From the NCBI RefSeq assembly GCF_009914755.1, contig NC_060929.1: a stretch of 64,000 nt of DNA, one strand, 5' to 3'. Positions 63,346 through 64,000 of this stretch are shown piece by piece. This DNA comes from the human T2T-CHM13v2.0 reference genome, Homo sapiens. The position numbers and the translations under genes were made by a program. The first letter of the stretch is position 1, and each line of letters begins with the position of its first letter. The notes beneath the pieces are model-generated. The model made no database searches and had not been told where the DNA came from. It saw only the letters and a list, made by a program, of their open reading frames with translations.

Positions 63346-64000
63346 TGGCAAATCTTCCCAAGGCAATTCCCAAGATAAGTAGGAATTTGGAGGGGGTGGG
63401 GAAGTTCATTACAGCCCAAAAGAACTACCTTTGTGATTTCGCATTTCAACAATGCAGCAATTGCAACCATTTCTCAGGTTTTTGGAGGGTGCTAAAGGTT
63501 GAGAGTATCACTTTTTGGTGGTCCAGAAAGAATCTAGACCCCTGTCTACACCACCTTCCTTCTCCTTCACCCAGCCCCAGTCACTGTTTGGTGGCGAAGG
63601 TTGCATTCTGCCACTGGGGCCCAAGGTTGCATTCTGCCCAGGGCCATGAATTGAGTAAGATTTCCTGAAGTAAACACGTGCAAATACCAAGTACGCAGGG
63701 ATGACTGGCCTAGACAGACTTCACCCACAGGCCCAAGTCACTGGCCAGGGACACTGACTCAGGCCCCAAAAGTTTCCAGGGAAGGTGAGGTGTGGTTTCC
63801 TGGGTAAACTCTGACGGATGAACAGAAAGCAACAGGCCGTCCCTTAGCACAGAGGCTCCAAAAACTGTTAAGTCAGGATCTTCTAGACTCAGAAAAACAC
63901 CCTGAATCCTCAATCCCTTAACACCAAGGTATAGAGAAGCTCTCAGCATTTATGTTCTCTGTTTTCCCACAAACAGAATCTAAACTGAAAGCTCCAGAAG

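Overview
Human (primate) genomic DNA with no prokaryotic-type systems. The window lies inside PDE6A (rod cGMP phosphodiesterase alpha subunit), which is transcribed on the minus strand. Sixteen internal coding exons (2-17) map with canonical AG/GT boundaries and splice into one open frame of 1661 nt, from GAF-A through GAF-B to most of the catalytic domain (YHNWRH, HDIDH). Exon 1 and exons 18 onward lie outside the window. The introns are mostly Alu, L1, L2/MIR, LTR/ERV and DNA-transposon relics plus microsatellites. Three things stand out. (1) Intron 3 holds a sense-oriented processed MFF retrocopy with a 209-codon residual ORF, a poly(A) signal and a CTCF-like motif. (2) The 65-nt exon 6 is boxed in by an Alu 25 nt from its acceptor and a solo LTR 12 nt from its donor. 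(3) An ERV internal relic without recognisable LTRs (integrase and env remnants) fills intron 13. Repeat subfamily names and exon numbering come from recalled consensus sequences, and repeat boundaries are approximate. I found no convincing wholly new biological system.
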